64,000 bases of DNA from an uncultured Flavobacterium sp. (lineage in GTDB: Bacteria > Bacteroidota > Bacteroidia > Flavobacteriales > Flavobacteriaceae): positions 1,410-65,409 of the forward strand of contig CAYWVV010000008.1 in NCBI GenBank assembly GCA_964461805.1, written 5' to 3'. Within the stretch, counting starts at the first letter, position 1. The number at the start of each line of letters is the position of its first letter. The notes under the pieces are model-generated. The model saw nothing but the letters and a program-made list of their open reading frames with translations, had not been told where the DNA came from and ran no database searches. Made by a program: the position numbers and the translations under genes. This document shows, in pieces, positions 32,724 to 41,259 of the stretch.

Positions 32724-34808
32724 ATGAAAAATATAGTTATCACTATCGTTATGTTGTTTTCTCTGTCTGTTTTCTCACAAAACAACTCAGAAAAATTACC
32801 AATATTTGAAAACTGCAAAGCCAAACTAGAAGATGAAACTTGTTTTTTTGCTACCATTCAAGATCACTTCAAGCAAAATTTCAACAAAGAATACACGACT
32901 GAAAAATCAACCCTTATTGCGCTTTTTGCAGTAGATACTTTAGGGAAATTTGAAGTATTGTATATTGATGCGGTTTCTGAAGAAATTAAAAACGAAACGA
33001 AACGTGTTTTTTCAATGTTATCTGTTGTTGAACCTGCAAAATATAATGGCAAATCCGTGTATGCTAAATATACGTTGAAAGTTAATTTTCCTTTTTCAGA
33101 TGATGATAGAACGAAGAAAGTGGCAGAAAGTGCTTTTCAAACAGAAAAAATTACAGCAAAAACCGAGATTGAAGAATTCGATAAAATAGTCTATAACAAA
33201 TTTGAAAATCCGCAATTGAAAAGCGGTATGAATATTCCGTTCAACCATCAAAAATATGCTGAATTTGATGCTTACATGAATCAAGTTGGTGCCAATAGTC
33301 ATACTGCAGAAAAACCGTATTCGTACAAAGATGTTTCAAGATATTATGACTTTGAAAAGAAGTATGCAGCCAAAGCTAAAAACGCGAGTTCTTGGTGGGG
33401 AAGAAAATTTTGGAATGAAAATTTAGTAGAAGTACAAGGTGATGGCTACTGGTTTTTATTCAACCCGATTTTAGACGTTCGTGGGGGAAAAGATTTTGAT
33501 AGCGAATTAAAAAATACATTTGTAAATACACGTGGAATTAACATCCAAGCGGGTTTAGGAAAAAACATTACGTTTACTACTTCAATTTACGAAAGTCAAG
33601 GTCGTTTTGCAGATTATTATAATGCCTATGCCGTTAGTTTAAAACCATCTGGTGGAAACCCTGGAACCATTCCTGGAGTTGGAATTGCGAAACAATTTAA
33701 AACCGATGCCTTCGATTTTCCTATGGCAGAAGCTAATATCAAGTTTACAGCCAATCAGTTTTTTGATGTTCAATTAGGATATGGAAGAAACTTTATTGGT
33801 GATGGATACCGTTCAATAATTCAGGGAGATGCTACAAGTCCGTATCCTTTTATTAAATTTAATACTACTTTCTGGAAAATAAAATACACCAACACCTATA
33901 TGTTTTTACGTGACATAACACCAGAAAACACAGCGGAAAACACCTACGCCTCAAAATACATGGCCAACCATTATTTAAGTTGGAACGTATCCAAAAGATG
34001 GAATATGGGCTTTTTTGAAAGTGTAGTTTGGAGCAACACGAACGGTAGAGGTTTCGATCCGAACTTCATCAATCCAATTATTTTTTACAGAGCCGTAGAA
34101 TTTGCTTCTTCACCAAAATCAGGAAATGCTTTGTTAGGATTAACGTCTAAATACAAATTCAACAGTCAAATTAGCGCATACGGACAATTTTTAATTGACG
34201 AATTTTCTGTGGGCGATGTTTCAAAAGGCAATAAAAGTTGGAAGAATAAATTCGGTTACCAAATTGGAGCCAAATATTTCAACGCGTTCAATATTGAAAA
34301 CCTAACCTTACAAGCCGAATACAATATAGTTCGCCCGTATGTGTATTCGCATAGTGCTACGCTTACCAATTATACACACAACAACCAAAGTATGGGTCAT
34401 GCATGGGGTGCCAACTTTAAAGAGTTAATTGCAATTGCTCGTTACAACAAAAACAGATATTTTGCTCAAGCGAAATTAATTTACGGGAAAAAAGGATTCG
34501 ATTATACAGACGGAACCAACAACTTTAATTACGGAGGCAATTTGTTTATTCCTTACGATAGCGCTACCAATCCACGACCTTATGATGAAGGCGCTTTTGC
34601 CGGACAAGGAAATACCACAACTATTTTAATTGGCGATTTCACAGCAGGTTACATTATCAACCCGAATTCCAACTTGAAAATATTTGCTAATGTAATTCAC
34701 AGAAGTTTCGATCCAACTAAAACATCAGCCACTTTTGAAAAATCAAATACCACTTGGGTTTCTGTAGGGATTTCTACAGATTTGTTTAACTGGTATTTTG
34801 ATTATTAA
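32724..34808 (+). CDS. Outer-membrane beta-barrel protein, RemB-like (tentative)
   Basis: Signal peptide, TonB-C-like N-terminal module (PIFENCK...ETCF), long beta-rich region ending in aromatic ...NWYFDY. The position a few genes after sprA matches my memory of remB in F. johnsoniae; the name is unverified. Confidence 0.5.
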   Translation: MKNIVITIVMLFSLSVFSQNNSEKLPIFENCKAKLEDETCFFATIQDHFKQNFNKEYTTEKSTLIALFAVDTLGKFEVLYIDAVSEEIKNETKRVFSMLSVVEPAKYNGKSVYAKYTLKVNFPFSDDDRTKKVAESAFQTEKITAKTEIEEFDKIVYNKFENPQLKSGMNIPFNHQKYAEFDAYMNQVGANSHTAEKPYSYKDVSRYYDFEKKYAAKAKNASSWWGRKFWNENLVEVQGDGYWFLFNPILDVRGGKDFDSELKNTFVNTRGINIQAGLGKNITFTTSIYESQGRFADYYNAYAVSLKPSGGNPGTIPGVGIAKQFKTDAFDFPMAEANIKFTANQFFDVQLGYGRNFIGDGYRSIIQGDATSPYPFIKFNTTFWKIKYTNTYMFLRDITPENTAENTYASKYMANHYLSWNVSKRWNMGFFESVVWSNTNGRGFDPNFINPIIFYRAVEFASSPKSGNALLGLTSKYKFNSQISAYGQFLIDEFSVGDVSKGNKSWKNKFGYQIGAKYFNAFNIENLTLQAEYNIVRPYVYSHSATLTNYTHNNQSMGHAWGANFKELIAIARYNKNRYFAQAKLIYGKKGFDYTDGTNNFNYGGNLFIPYDSATNPRPYDEGAFAGQGNTTTILIGDFTAGYIINPNSNLKIFANVIHRSFDPTKTSATFEKSNTTWVSVGISTDLFNWYFDY

Positions 34809-34916
34809 TAGCTTCAGAGTTATAGTCACGCAGATTTAAAAGATTAAAAGGAGTTCAATGCAAAGTTTGTCATGCTGAAAGCATCTCACACAATCTAATT
34901 CCACAATCTTGATTTA

Positions 34917-34953
34917 ATAACCCTCGTAGGATTTTAAATCCTACGAGGGTTAT
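34917..34953. repeat. Long perfect hairpin (REP-like or terminator) between convergent genes
   Basis: ataaccctcgtaggattt/aaatcctacgagggttat are ~16-18-bp perfect arms with no strong U-tract. Neighbouring small hairpins: atgct-gaa-agcat and ggatttgcaatcc. Confidence 0.6.
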
Positions 34954-34997
34954 TAAATCCTATAACCGATATCGCGGATTTGCAATCCGTGCACATT

Positions 34998-36128
34998 TTA
35001 ATCAAACTCATTCAATCCATATAAAATCTCTTTCATTTTAGTGCCGTTAATTTCCACAGGTTTGTAAGCAATATTGAATTTATCAATGGCCACATCAATA
35101 TCTGCTTTGAGTTTTTTATATTCTAAAGGTAATTTAGTTTCACATTGTTTTTCGTTTTCGTAGCTATTTAAAATCACCTTAAACTTTTCATAGAATTTGC
35201 CACCTTGATCAATGAAGTTGTTATACATGCTAATAAATTGCAGTAGTCTATCAATAGGAAATTCTAAATTGACTTGCATTTTATATTGTTGCGTGCCTGT
35301 TGCCGTTTTCATTTTAGATAAATACTCCTCCATTTTTATAGTAACATTTTCCCAATCGTCATTGGTTCTACATTGTTCCAAAGTAGTGAAGTAATTTATG
35401 GGTTTGGTGTAATCTTTAAATAAAATTTCTATTTCGCTTTTCATTTTTTCATTGCTTTTTTGTAGAAAAGCCGTTTCAAAATAAATAGTATTTAAATCGT
35501 TTTGCATGCGTAAGGTGAAATCTAAAATACATTCTATATTACCAAGTTCTTTTTCTTTTTCATCTTTTGTTAATGATGAATTAAGCATATTTGTAAACGT
35601 TTGAATCACAGAAACAAATGTGTTTGTTCCTAAAATAGAAGTTAAGTCTAAACCTGTTTTTTTGTCTTTTTTAGAAGCAACTAGGTTTTTTAATTTTTCA
35701 AATTCAGGATACTGATTCGGATTCGAAATTTTATGGATCTCGTTAAAAGTTCTTATAGAAGCAAAGTGATGATCTAAACTCAAAACTTTTTCATATAAAA
35801 TCTTGATTATTTGTAAACCTTTTATATACCTAATCTTAGAGATATCACCAGAATTATCTTTTAGTAATTGTTTAATTTCAGAGTTAATTAGGTCTTTTTC
35901 AATTAATAGTTCTACTTTCTTTTTTGTTTTATGTGTAGCAAGAAGCGAATTATTAATGGTTTCCATTTTTTCAATTTTACGGTTAATTAGAGCTTCATAC
36001 TTTAAATTGATTGAACTTATTTCTAAAAGTAATTCTGTAATGATACTATTGGGATCTTTTTCTAAGTCGTTTGAAAACGCATAACTACAAAATAGAAATA
36101 TAAAGTATGTTAGAAAGCGTTTTTTCAT
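34998..36128 (-). CDS. Hypothetical secreted, predicted all-helical protein
   Basis: Signal peptide MKKRFLTYFIFLFCSYAFS. 376 aa, Lys/Glu/Leu-rich. No domain recognised. Confidence 0.6.
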   Translation of the reverse strand: MKKRFLTYFIFLFCSYAFSNDLEKDPNSIITELLLEISSINLKYEALINRKIEKMETINNSLLATHKTKKKVELLIEKDLINSEIKQLLKDNSGDISKIRYIKGLQIIKILYEKVLSLDHHFASIRTFNEIHKISNPNQYPEFEKLKNLVASKKDKKTGLDLTSILGTNTFVSVIQTFTNMLNSSLTKDEKEKELGNIECILDFTLRMQNDLNTIYFETAFLQKSNEKMKSEIEILFKDYTKPINYFTTLEQCRTNDDWENVTIKMEEYLSKMKTATGTQQYKMQVNLEFPIDRLLQFISMYNNFIDQGGKFYEKFKVILNSYENEKQCETKLPLEYKKLKADIDVAIDKFNIAYKPVEINGTKMKEILYGLNEFD

Positions 36129-36138
36129 AGTTTTAGAT

Positions 36139-36603
36139 TTAAATTTTACTAAATAGTTTCAATAGGATTATTGCTTTGTTATCAAAAAGTTTTATTGGAT
36201 ACATCCCACTTTTTATGGTTGGGTTTTTGGTGGTTATCTTTAAAAGATTTATGGTTTCAGAATTCAATGAAAAGTCATAATCTTGGTTAAAGTAGAATTT
36301 TTCTATTTCTGAAATAGTTTTCATTTCTTTTCCAAAAAGAAATTTTTGATCTTCAATTGTAAGCGCATCTGTTTTGATTGTAAGTTGTAATTCCGTTTCA
36401 GAAATTTTTAATAAATAAAACTTCTCTGCACTTGTATTTTTAGTAGTAGTCTCAATTGTACATAAACCTATTCCGCCTTTGCATTCTCTTCCTCTAATAT
36501 CAATTTCGAATTTATTTTCAGTTGTTTGCGCATTAATGATTACACTAAATAGTATCAATATGATTGTTGTGATTTTCATTTTTTTAGTTTTACTATGGTT
36601 CAC
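36139..36603 (-). CDS. Small secreted protein, CxGxGxC paralog A
   Basis: Signal peptide (an alternative start at 36579 gives MKITTIILILFSVIINAQ). IDIRGRECKGGIGLC motif; paralogous to 38425..38877. Confidence 0.55.
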   Translation of the reverse strand: MNHSKTKKMKITTIILILFSVIINAQTTENKFEIDIRGRECKGGIGLCTIETTTKNTSAEKFYLLKISETELQLTIKTDALTIEDQKFLFGKEMKTISEIEKFYFNQDYDFSLNSETINLLKITTKNPTIKSGMYPIKLFDNKAIILLKLFSKI

Positions 36604-36621
36604 ATTATTTTAATGTTTTTT

Positions 36622-36653
36622 AAAAAAGCGGTAAAATTTGTTTTACCGCTTTT
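36622..36653 (-). terminator. Hairpin with A/T runs inside the minus-strand gene set
   Basis: agcggtaaaa-tttg-ttttaccgct flanked by an A-run and a T-run. Lies just upstream of the 36603 gene. Confidence 0.5.
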
Positions 36654-36888
36654 ACTACTTAACTAAACAATTTAAACAAAACTCAACACGATTTTAAAAG
36701 CTCTTCATTAATTAGTAGATTAATTTGAGATCTAAAAGAGGTAGTTTTTTTTTGATTCAAGTTGAATTTTTTTTGAAATGTCTTAACATTTCAGGGCATA
36801 TATTTTAAAAAAAAAAGATCCATTTTAATGTTGAATGGCTTATATAAAATGTTGTTTTTTCGTCTGGATCTTTTTTTACTATATTTAT

Positions 36889-37662
36889 TTATTGTTGTAA
36901 ACTGATTTTATAACCAAGTTTTTGAAGACTATCTTTGATACCAACAAAATGATTTTTGCCATAAACAATGGCTATTTTAGCATTCTTGTTTTGATTGATT
37001 TTGTTTATAACAACACCATTTCTATAATGTGTAATAAACTCGTTAAACATTTGTTTGTCAATTTTATTCTTGCATTTATTTCGATCATAATTGTCAAATA
37101 GTTTTGTTTTTAAGTCGTACTCTTCAAGAATTATGTTTCCATATTTATTTTCATAGGCTCTTATCAATTCATCCATAGTTGCGTCTACATTTTCAGACAG
37201 CTTATTTTTCAAGCCTAAATCGGTTAAATTCGATTGAGGGACAAGGTTTTTTTTGATTTTAATTCCTTTTTCTTTAAAAAATTCGATATAATTTGTAGCA
37301 CCTTTTGCTGATAGACCTAATAAACCGAAAGCTTTTCTGAATTTTAAAATCATGGTTGTATCCATTATTTCTTGTATACTTGAATCATTACTTTTCATGT
37401 TATTTGTGAGTATCATTTCATAAAAAATTTTATACTTTAAATTTGTCAAAGAGTCTACTTTCTTTCTGACGTTTTTATAAAAATTTTCTTTTCCAATATG
37501 ATGCATTGGAATAATGATTATTTCATTTTCTCCTACTAATTTTTCAATCTTAGAAGTTTCATCATAAATTCCTTCTCTTTCAAAAAAGTTGTTCATAAGA
37601 TATGATTTGCAAGAAGTGGATACCAATGAGGTCACAGTTAAAAATAAAAGTAATTTTTTCAT
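36889..37662 (-). CDS. Lipoprotein, possibly TraB/GumN-family
   Basis: Lipobox VSTSC. IIIIPMHHIGKENFY and IAIVYGKNHFVGIKDSLQKLGYKI resemble the GTxHxG ... GxxHxxG...L...GY pattern of TraB/GumN proteins. Weak, by eye only. Confidence 0.4.
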   Translation of the reverse strand: MKKLLLFLTVTSLVSTSCKSYLMNNFFEREGIYDETSKIEKLVGENEIIIIPMHHIGKENFYKNVRKKVDSLTNLKYKIFYEMILTNNMKSNDSSIQEIMDTTMILKFRKAFGLLGLSAKGATNYIEFFKEKGIKIKKNLVPQSNLTDLGLKNKLSENVDATMDELIRAYENKYGNIILEEYDLKTKLFDNYDRNKCKNKIDKQMFNEFITHYRNGVVINKINQNKNAKIAIVYGKNHFVGIKDSLQKLGYKISLQQ

Positions 37663-37766
37663 ATAAAAATATTAGAATTAGAAACTTTTAAATTGATTTT
37701 AAATTTTAAGATTTTAGTCAGATTTATTAATTTATTATACTTTCTTGAGGTAATTAAATTTATTTG

Positions 37767-38372
37767 CTAAATTTTAAAAGCATTTAATATTTCTTTTTTT
37801 TCATCATTGTTTAGTTCCCAACTTTCTTGTAAATCATAATTTATTAAATAGTAATTTACTTTTATTCCTTTTTCTTTTGCTTGTTCTAATAGTTTTATCC
37901 ATTCAAAAGCTTTTTTTTTATTTGTTTTGCCTAAAAAGGTTGCCCAAGTAATTAAAACTGTAATTTCATTTAAAACAATTTCTTTATTTTTATCGTTGCT
38001 TAATAGAGGAATAAAGTCTTTTATGTTTTTGTTCTCAGATTTATTAAAATTTATGTTTTTTAAATCAGTTATAAAATCATCAACTTTTGCATTGCATTTC
38101 TCTGTGTTTTTTTTATAAGGAATAAAATTACCATTTTGATTAAAAAAATACGCATCAGGAATCGTAGAGTATTTTAATTCGTAACCTTTAGCCATTGTGA
38201 TGAAATCTTTAAAAAAATAAATTGATTTAGAATCAACGTTGTTTTTTTTTAAAAAATTATACAATTCATAATTTTTTTTAAAACTTGGATTTTTTATCCC
38301 ATAACTCATTTTTGTTAATGTTTTGCAATTTGTTAATAGGATAAAAAGCAGTAAAAATTGAATTTTTTTCAT
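37767..38372 (-). CDS. Hypothetical lipoprotein
   Basis: Lipobox LLTNC. 201 aa, no motif recognised. Confidence 0.55.
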   Translation of the reverse strand: MKKIQFLLLFILLTNCKTLTKMSYGIKNPSFKKNYELYNFLKKNNVDSKSIYFFKDFITMAKGYELKYSTIPDAYFFNQNGNFIPYKKNTEKCNAKVDDFITDLKNINFNKSENKNIKDFIPLLSNDKNKEIVLNEITVLITWATFLGKTNKKKAFEWIKLLEQAKEKGIKVNYYLINYDLQESWELNNDEKKEILNAFKI

Positions 38373-38424
38373 AGTTAAGAATTTAAATAAAGGTTACTTG
38401 AAAACTCAAGTAACCTTAAGAAAT

Positions 38425-38877
38425 TTAAAATGACACCGTATACAAACCGTTGTCTAATGTTTTAATTGCATACTCACCTTTTTTTATGATATAGCCTCTT
38501 TTTAGTTCTAATTTTTCACATACATTATCTGATAGACTATAATCTTCAGATATTGTTATTATTTCTGAAGAACCGAAGTGTTTTTTTAATATTGTTAATT
38601 GAGTTTTATTAAATTCCAATGAAAAAACTCCATTACCATAGTTTACTCCTGACATTTTATTGTCATCAATTTCTATTGAAACATCTGCATCACAAACTCC
38701 AAAGCCTTTGCAATCCTTTGATTTTCTACCCCAAGTAATATCAATGTTAATTCTTACTTTTAAGGTTTCAACAGTTGTGATTTTTAACTCAGGATTGGAA
38801 TTAGTCTTTAAGCTATTTGCATTTCCGCTAACACTTAACATTACTGTGGCAATTAAGCCAAATACCATTTTTTTCAT
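38425..38877 (-). CDS. Small secreted protein, CxGxGxC paralog B
   Basis: Start moved from 38988 to the internal ATG at 38877, giving signal peptide MKKMVFGLIATVMLSVSGNA. IDITWGRKSKDCKGFGVC motif. Confidence 0.55.
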   Translation of the reverse strand: MKKMVFGLIATVMLSVSGNANSLKTNSNPELKITTVETLKVRINIDITWGRKSKDCKGFGVCDADVSIEIDDNKMSGVNYGNGVFSLEFNKTQLTILKKHFGSSEIITISEDYSLSDNVCEKLELKRGYIIKKGEYAIKTLDNGLYTVSF

Positions 38878-39137
38878 TATATTTGTTTTTTTAAAATTAA
38901 TTGCAGTCAACTTAAGTACGCCAATACTGTTTATAAGTTCGACTGCTTTTTTTATAGTTGGAAATTTCGATATTAAAAGCAAAGCCAACTTTCTCTTTAC
39001 TCCTAATAAACAGTTTTTAAGAAATCTGATAATTCTATTTTTAGTTCATCATTTCTACTTGCAAGTTTTTTATTCTGAACATTGCAAAGAAATGGGAATT
39101 GCAATATAGAAAGCAAATTATCTAAGTCTGTTTTCGA

Positions 39138-39156
39138 GAATTTCGAGTCGAAATTC
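39138..39156. promoter_or_regulatory. Palindrome gaatttcga-g-tcgaaattc upstream of the TPR/AraC gene
   Basis: Perfect 9-bp arms. Embedded in tttcgag/tttcgag and cgaaatt/cgaaatt direct repeats (39131-39165). The same arms recur at 41001-41020. Confidence 0.4.
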
Positions 39157-39276
39157 CGAAATTTCATTTACTAGTGTGTTTAAGTTGTTGATATACAGTG
39201 GTTAAATTTAAATAAAATATTTTAGCTCAAACATAAGAAAAACATTACTTTTGGCTTTTTTTTAAATATTTATATA

Positions 39277-40968
39277 ATGAAAAGATGTTTTTATCTAAGC
39301 CTTTTGAGTTTTATACTCTTTACTTTTAAATTACAAGCACAAAATTTTAAAAAACCTCTTAACTCATTATCTTATGATGAATTGAAAGAAATTTTTTTTA
39401 AAAATGAAGGAAATATTGAAATTCAAAAAAAATATGCTAAAGCTTTTTTGAATAAAGCTAAAAACGAAAATGATACTCCAAAGATAGCTAGGGGTTACTA
39501 CTACTATTCCCTTTTATTTAGTGATAATAGAAAAATTGTTTATTTTGATAGTATTATTAACAATGTAAAATATCCACCTAGTGAAAAGAATTTTCCTTTT
39601 GTAGCTTATTTGGAAAAAGGGTATTTTTTAGCAGATAAGTATAGGTATAATGAAGCCATTAATAGTTATTTAGAGTTAGAAAAACTCGCTATTTCCAAGA
39701 ATATAAATTATTATTACAAAGCAAAATTTGCTATTGGTATTTTGAAGTCTGAAAAAATGGGAGAGGTTAAAGAGTCTCTTCCGTTATTTAAGGATTGTTA
39801 TTCTTTTTATAAGAGTCAAAAAAATAATTCAGAATTGACTTTTACCTATCAACTTTCAATATTTGCTTTGGCAGATTCTTACAAATCTTTAAAAAAAACG
39901 GATAGTTCTTCTTATTATAATAAGTTAGGTTATTTTGAAACTAAAAGATCCAAAAATGAATACTTAAACAATATTTTTATTCTTAATGAAGGAGCAAATC
40001 AAGTATTGGTAAATAATTTTAAGGCAACTTTAGATAGTGTTGAAAAAGCTTTACCATATATAATTAAGAATAAAGATAATAACAATACATTAGCCTCTTA
40101 TTATTACAGAGCGAAAGCTTATCAAGGTTTAGGAATTAAAATTAAAGCTTTAGAAAACTATAAAAAAGTCGATTCATTGTATAAGTTAAATTCTTTTATT
40201 TCTCCTGAATTTTCTGATGGATATAAATTTATAATTGATTATTATAAAGAGATTGGTGACAAAGAAAATCAATTAAAATTTTTAACAACTTATCTTGAAA
40301 TTCAAAACCGATTTCAAAAACAATATAAAGAATTATCTGTGAAACTTAAAAATGATTATGACTTGCCCAATCTAGTAAAAGATAAAGAGACGTTAATTAA
40401 ATCATTAAAAACAGACGAGAAAAAACACCTTTGGTTAATCATTTTTCTAATTGGTTTGGCCATATCTTTCATATCAATCAGTATTTATCAAAACCGATTA
40501 AAGAAAAAATATAAATTAAATTTTGAAAAAATTATCAGTCAAACTTCAAAACCTGAAATTCTTAATGAAGTTGCAATCAATCAGGTTCCAAAAAAAGAAA
40601 GCATGCTTTCAAGTAGTTTAGTAAAGGACATAACTGAAAAATTAGAAAATTTTGAAAAGGAAAAGTTGTATAAAAAGCAAGGTCTAAGTAATCAATATTT
40701 GGCAAACGAATTCAGTACAAATACGAAATACTTATCATTAGTTATCAATGAATATAAAAACAAAACTTTTATTAATTATATTAATGATTTGAGAATTGAT
40801 AATATCATTGAAGAACTAAAAGAAAATAAAAATCTCAGAAAATATACCATTGCTGCATTAGCAGAAGAAGCAGGATTCAATACGGCAGAATCCTTTTCTA
40901 ATGCCTTTTATAAGCGAACAGGATTAAAACCATCATTTTTTATTAAAGAATTAAGTAGTGTTAAATAG
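39277..40968 (+). CDS. Membrane-anchored TPR-repeat / AraC-family HTH regulator
   Basis: Signal peptide, ~370-aa TPR-like repeat region, TM helix LWLIIFLIGLAISFISISIY, C-terminal AraC HTH (YTIAALAEEAGFNTAESFSNAFYKRTGLKPSFF). Confidence 0.75.
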   Translation: MKRCFYLSLLSFILFTFKLQAQNFKKPLNSLSYDELKEIFFKNEGNIEIQKKYAKAFLNKAKNENDTPKIARGYYYYSLLFSDNRKIVYFDSIINNVKYPPSEKNFPFVAYLEKGYFLADKYRYNEAINSYLELEKLAISKNINYYYKAKFAIGILKSEKMGEVKESLPLFKDCYSFYKSQKNNSELTFTYQLSIFALADSYKSLKKTDSSSYYNKLGYFETKRSKNEYLNNIFILNEGANQVLVNNFKATLDSVEKALPYIIKNKDNNNTLASYYYRAKAYQGLGIKIKALENYKKVDSLYKLNSFISPEFSDGYKFIIDYYKEIGDKENQLKFLTTYLEIQNRFQKQYKELSVKLKNDYDLPNLVKDKETLIKSLKTDEKKHLWLIIFLIGLAISFISISIYQNRLKKKYKLNFEKIISQTSKPEILNEVAINQVPKKESMLSSSLVKDITEKLENFEKEKLYKKQGLSNQYLANEFSTNTKYLSLVINEYKNKTFINYINDLRIDNIIEELKENKNLRKYTIAALAEEAGFNTAESFSNAFYKRTGLKPSFFIKELSSVK

Positions 40969-41000
40969 TTGGTAATTATGTAATTATGTTTTTTAATTAC

Positions 41001-41020
41001 CGAAATTCTTGAATTTCGAG
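41001..41020. promoter_or_regulatory. Palindrome cgaaattc-tt-gaatttcg(ag) upstream of the precursor gene
   Basis: Same half-sites as 39138-39156 in inverted order; shares the 10-mer GAATTTCGAG. Could also act as the regulator gene's terminator hairpin. Confidence 0.4.
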
Positions 41021-41052
41021 AAGCTTTGTTTTATTAAGTAATAGGTAAAAAT

Positions 41053-41060
41053 TAGGTTTG
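41053..41060 (+). promoter_or_regulatory. -7 box (TAggTTTG) for the precursor gene
   Basis: TAnnTTTG match, 25 nt before ATG 41086. Confidence 0.4.
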
Positions 41061-41085
41061 CAGTCTAAACTTAAAAACTTAAAAA

Positions 41086-41247
41086 ATGAAAAAAGAAAAA
41101 AAATTCACATTGGAAAAATTTGAAGTTGCCAAATTAAAAAATTTGAAAAAGATCATTGGAGGAGATGTTACAAATGATGGCGGTACAGTTTTTACTACTA
41201 CAGATCTAACTAGTGTTAATAAAGATGGTTCAAATGGTAATTGTTAG
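41086..41247 (+). CDS. RiPP precursor peptide (GG-type leader + Ser/Thr-rich core), not in ORF track
   Basis: Manual translation gives MKKEKKFTLEKFEVAKLKNLKKIIGG-DVTNDGGTVFTTTDLTSVNKDGSNGNC*. Has its own promoter box, lies 12 nt upstream of the first S8 gene, and is followed on the same strand by the LanB genes. Confidence 0.65.
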   Translation: MKKEKKFTLEKFEVAKLKNLKKIIGGDVTNDGGTVFTTTDLTSVNKDGSNGNC

Positions 41248-41259
41248 TTTAATAAATTT

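Noticed and set aside
34809-34997. Integrase, att sites or prophage boundary at the island edges
   Set aside because: No recombinase gene, no tRNA and no flanking direct repeats are detectable. Only REP-like hairpins are present, so a classical integrative element is not supported.
38660-39109. 149-aa plus-strand ORF overlapping the small CxGxGxC gene
   Set aside because: It is antisense to a gene that has a signal peptide and a paralog elsewhere, and its own sequence is Phe/Ile/Leu-rich with no start context. The N-terminal extension of the minus-strand ORF to 38988 was also rejected in favour of the ATG at 38877, which yields a canonical signal peptide.
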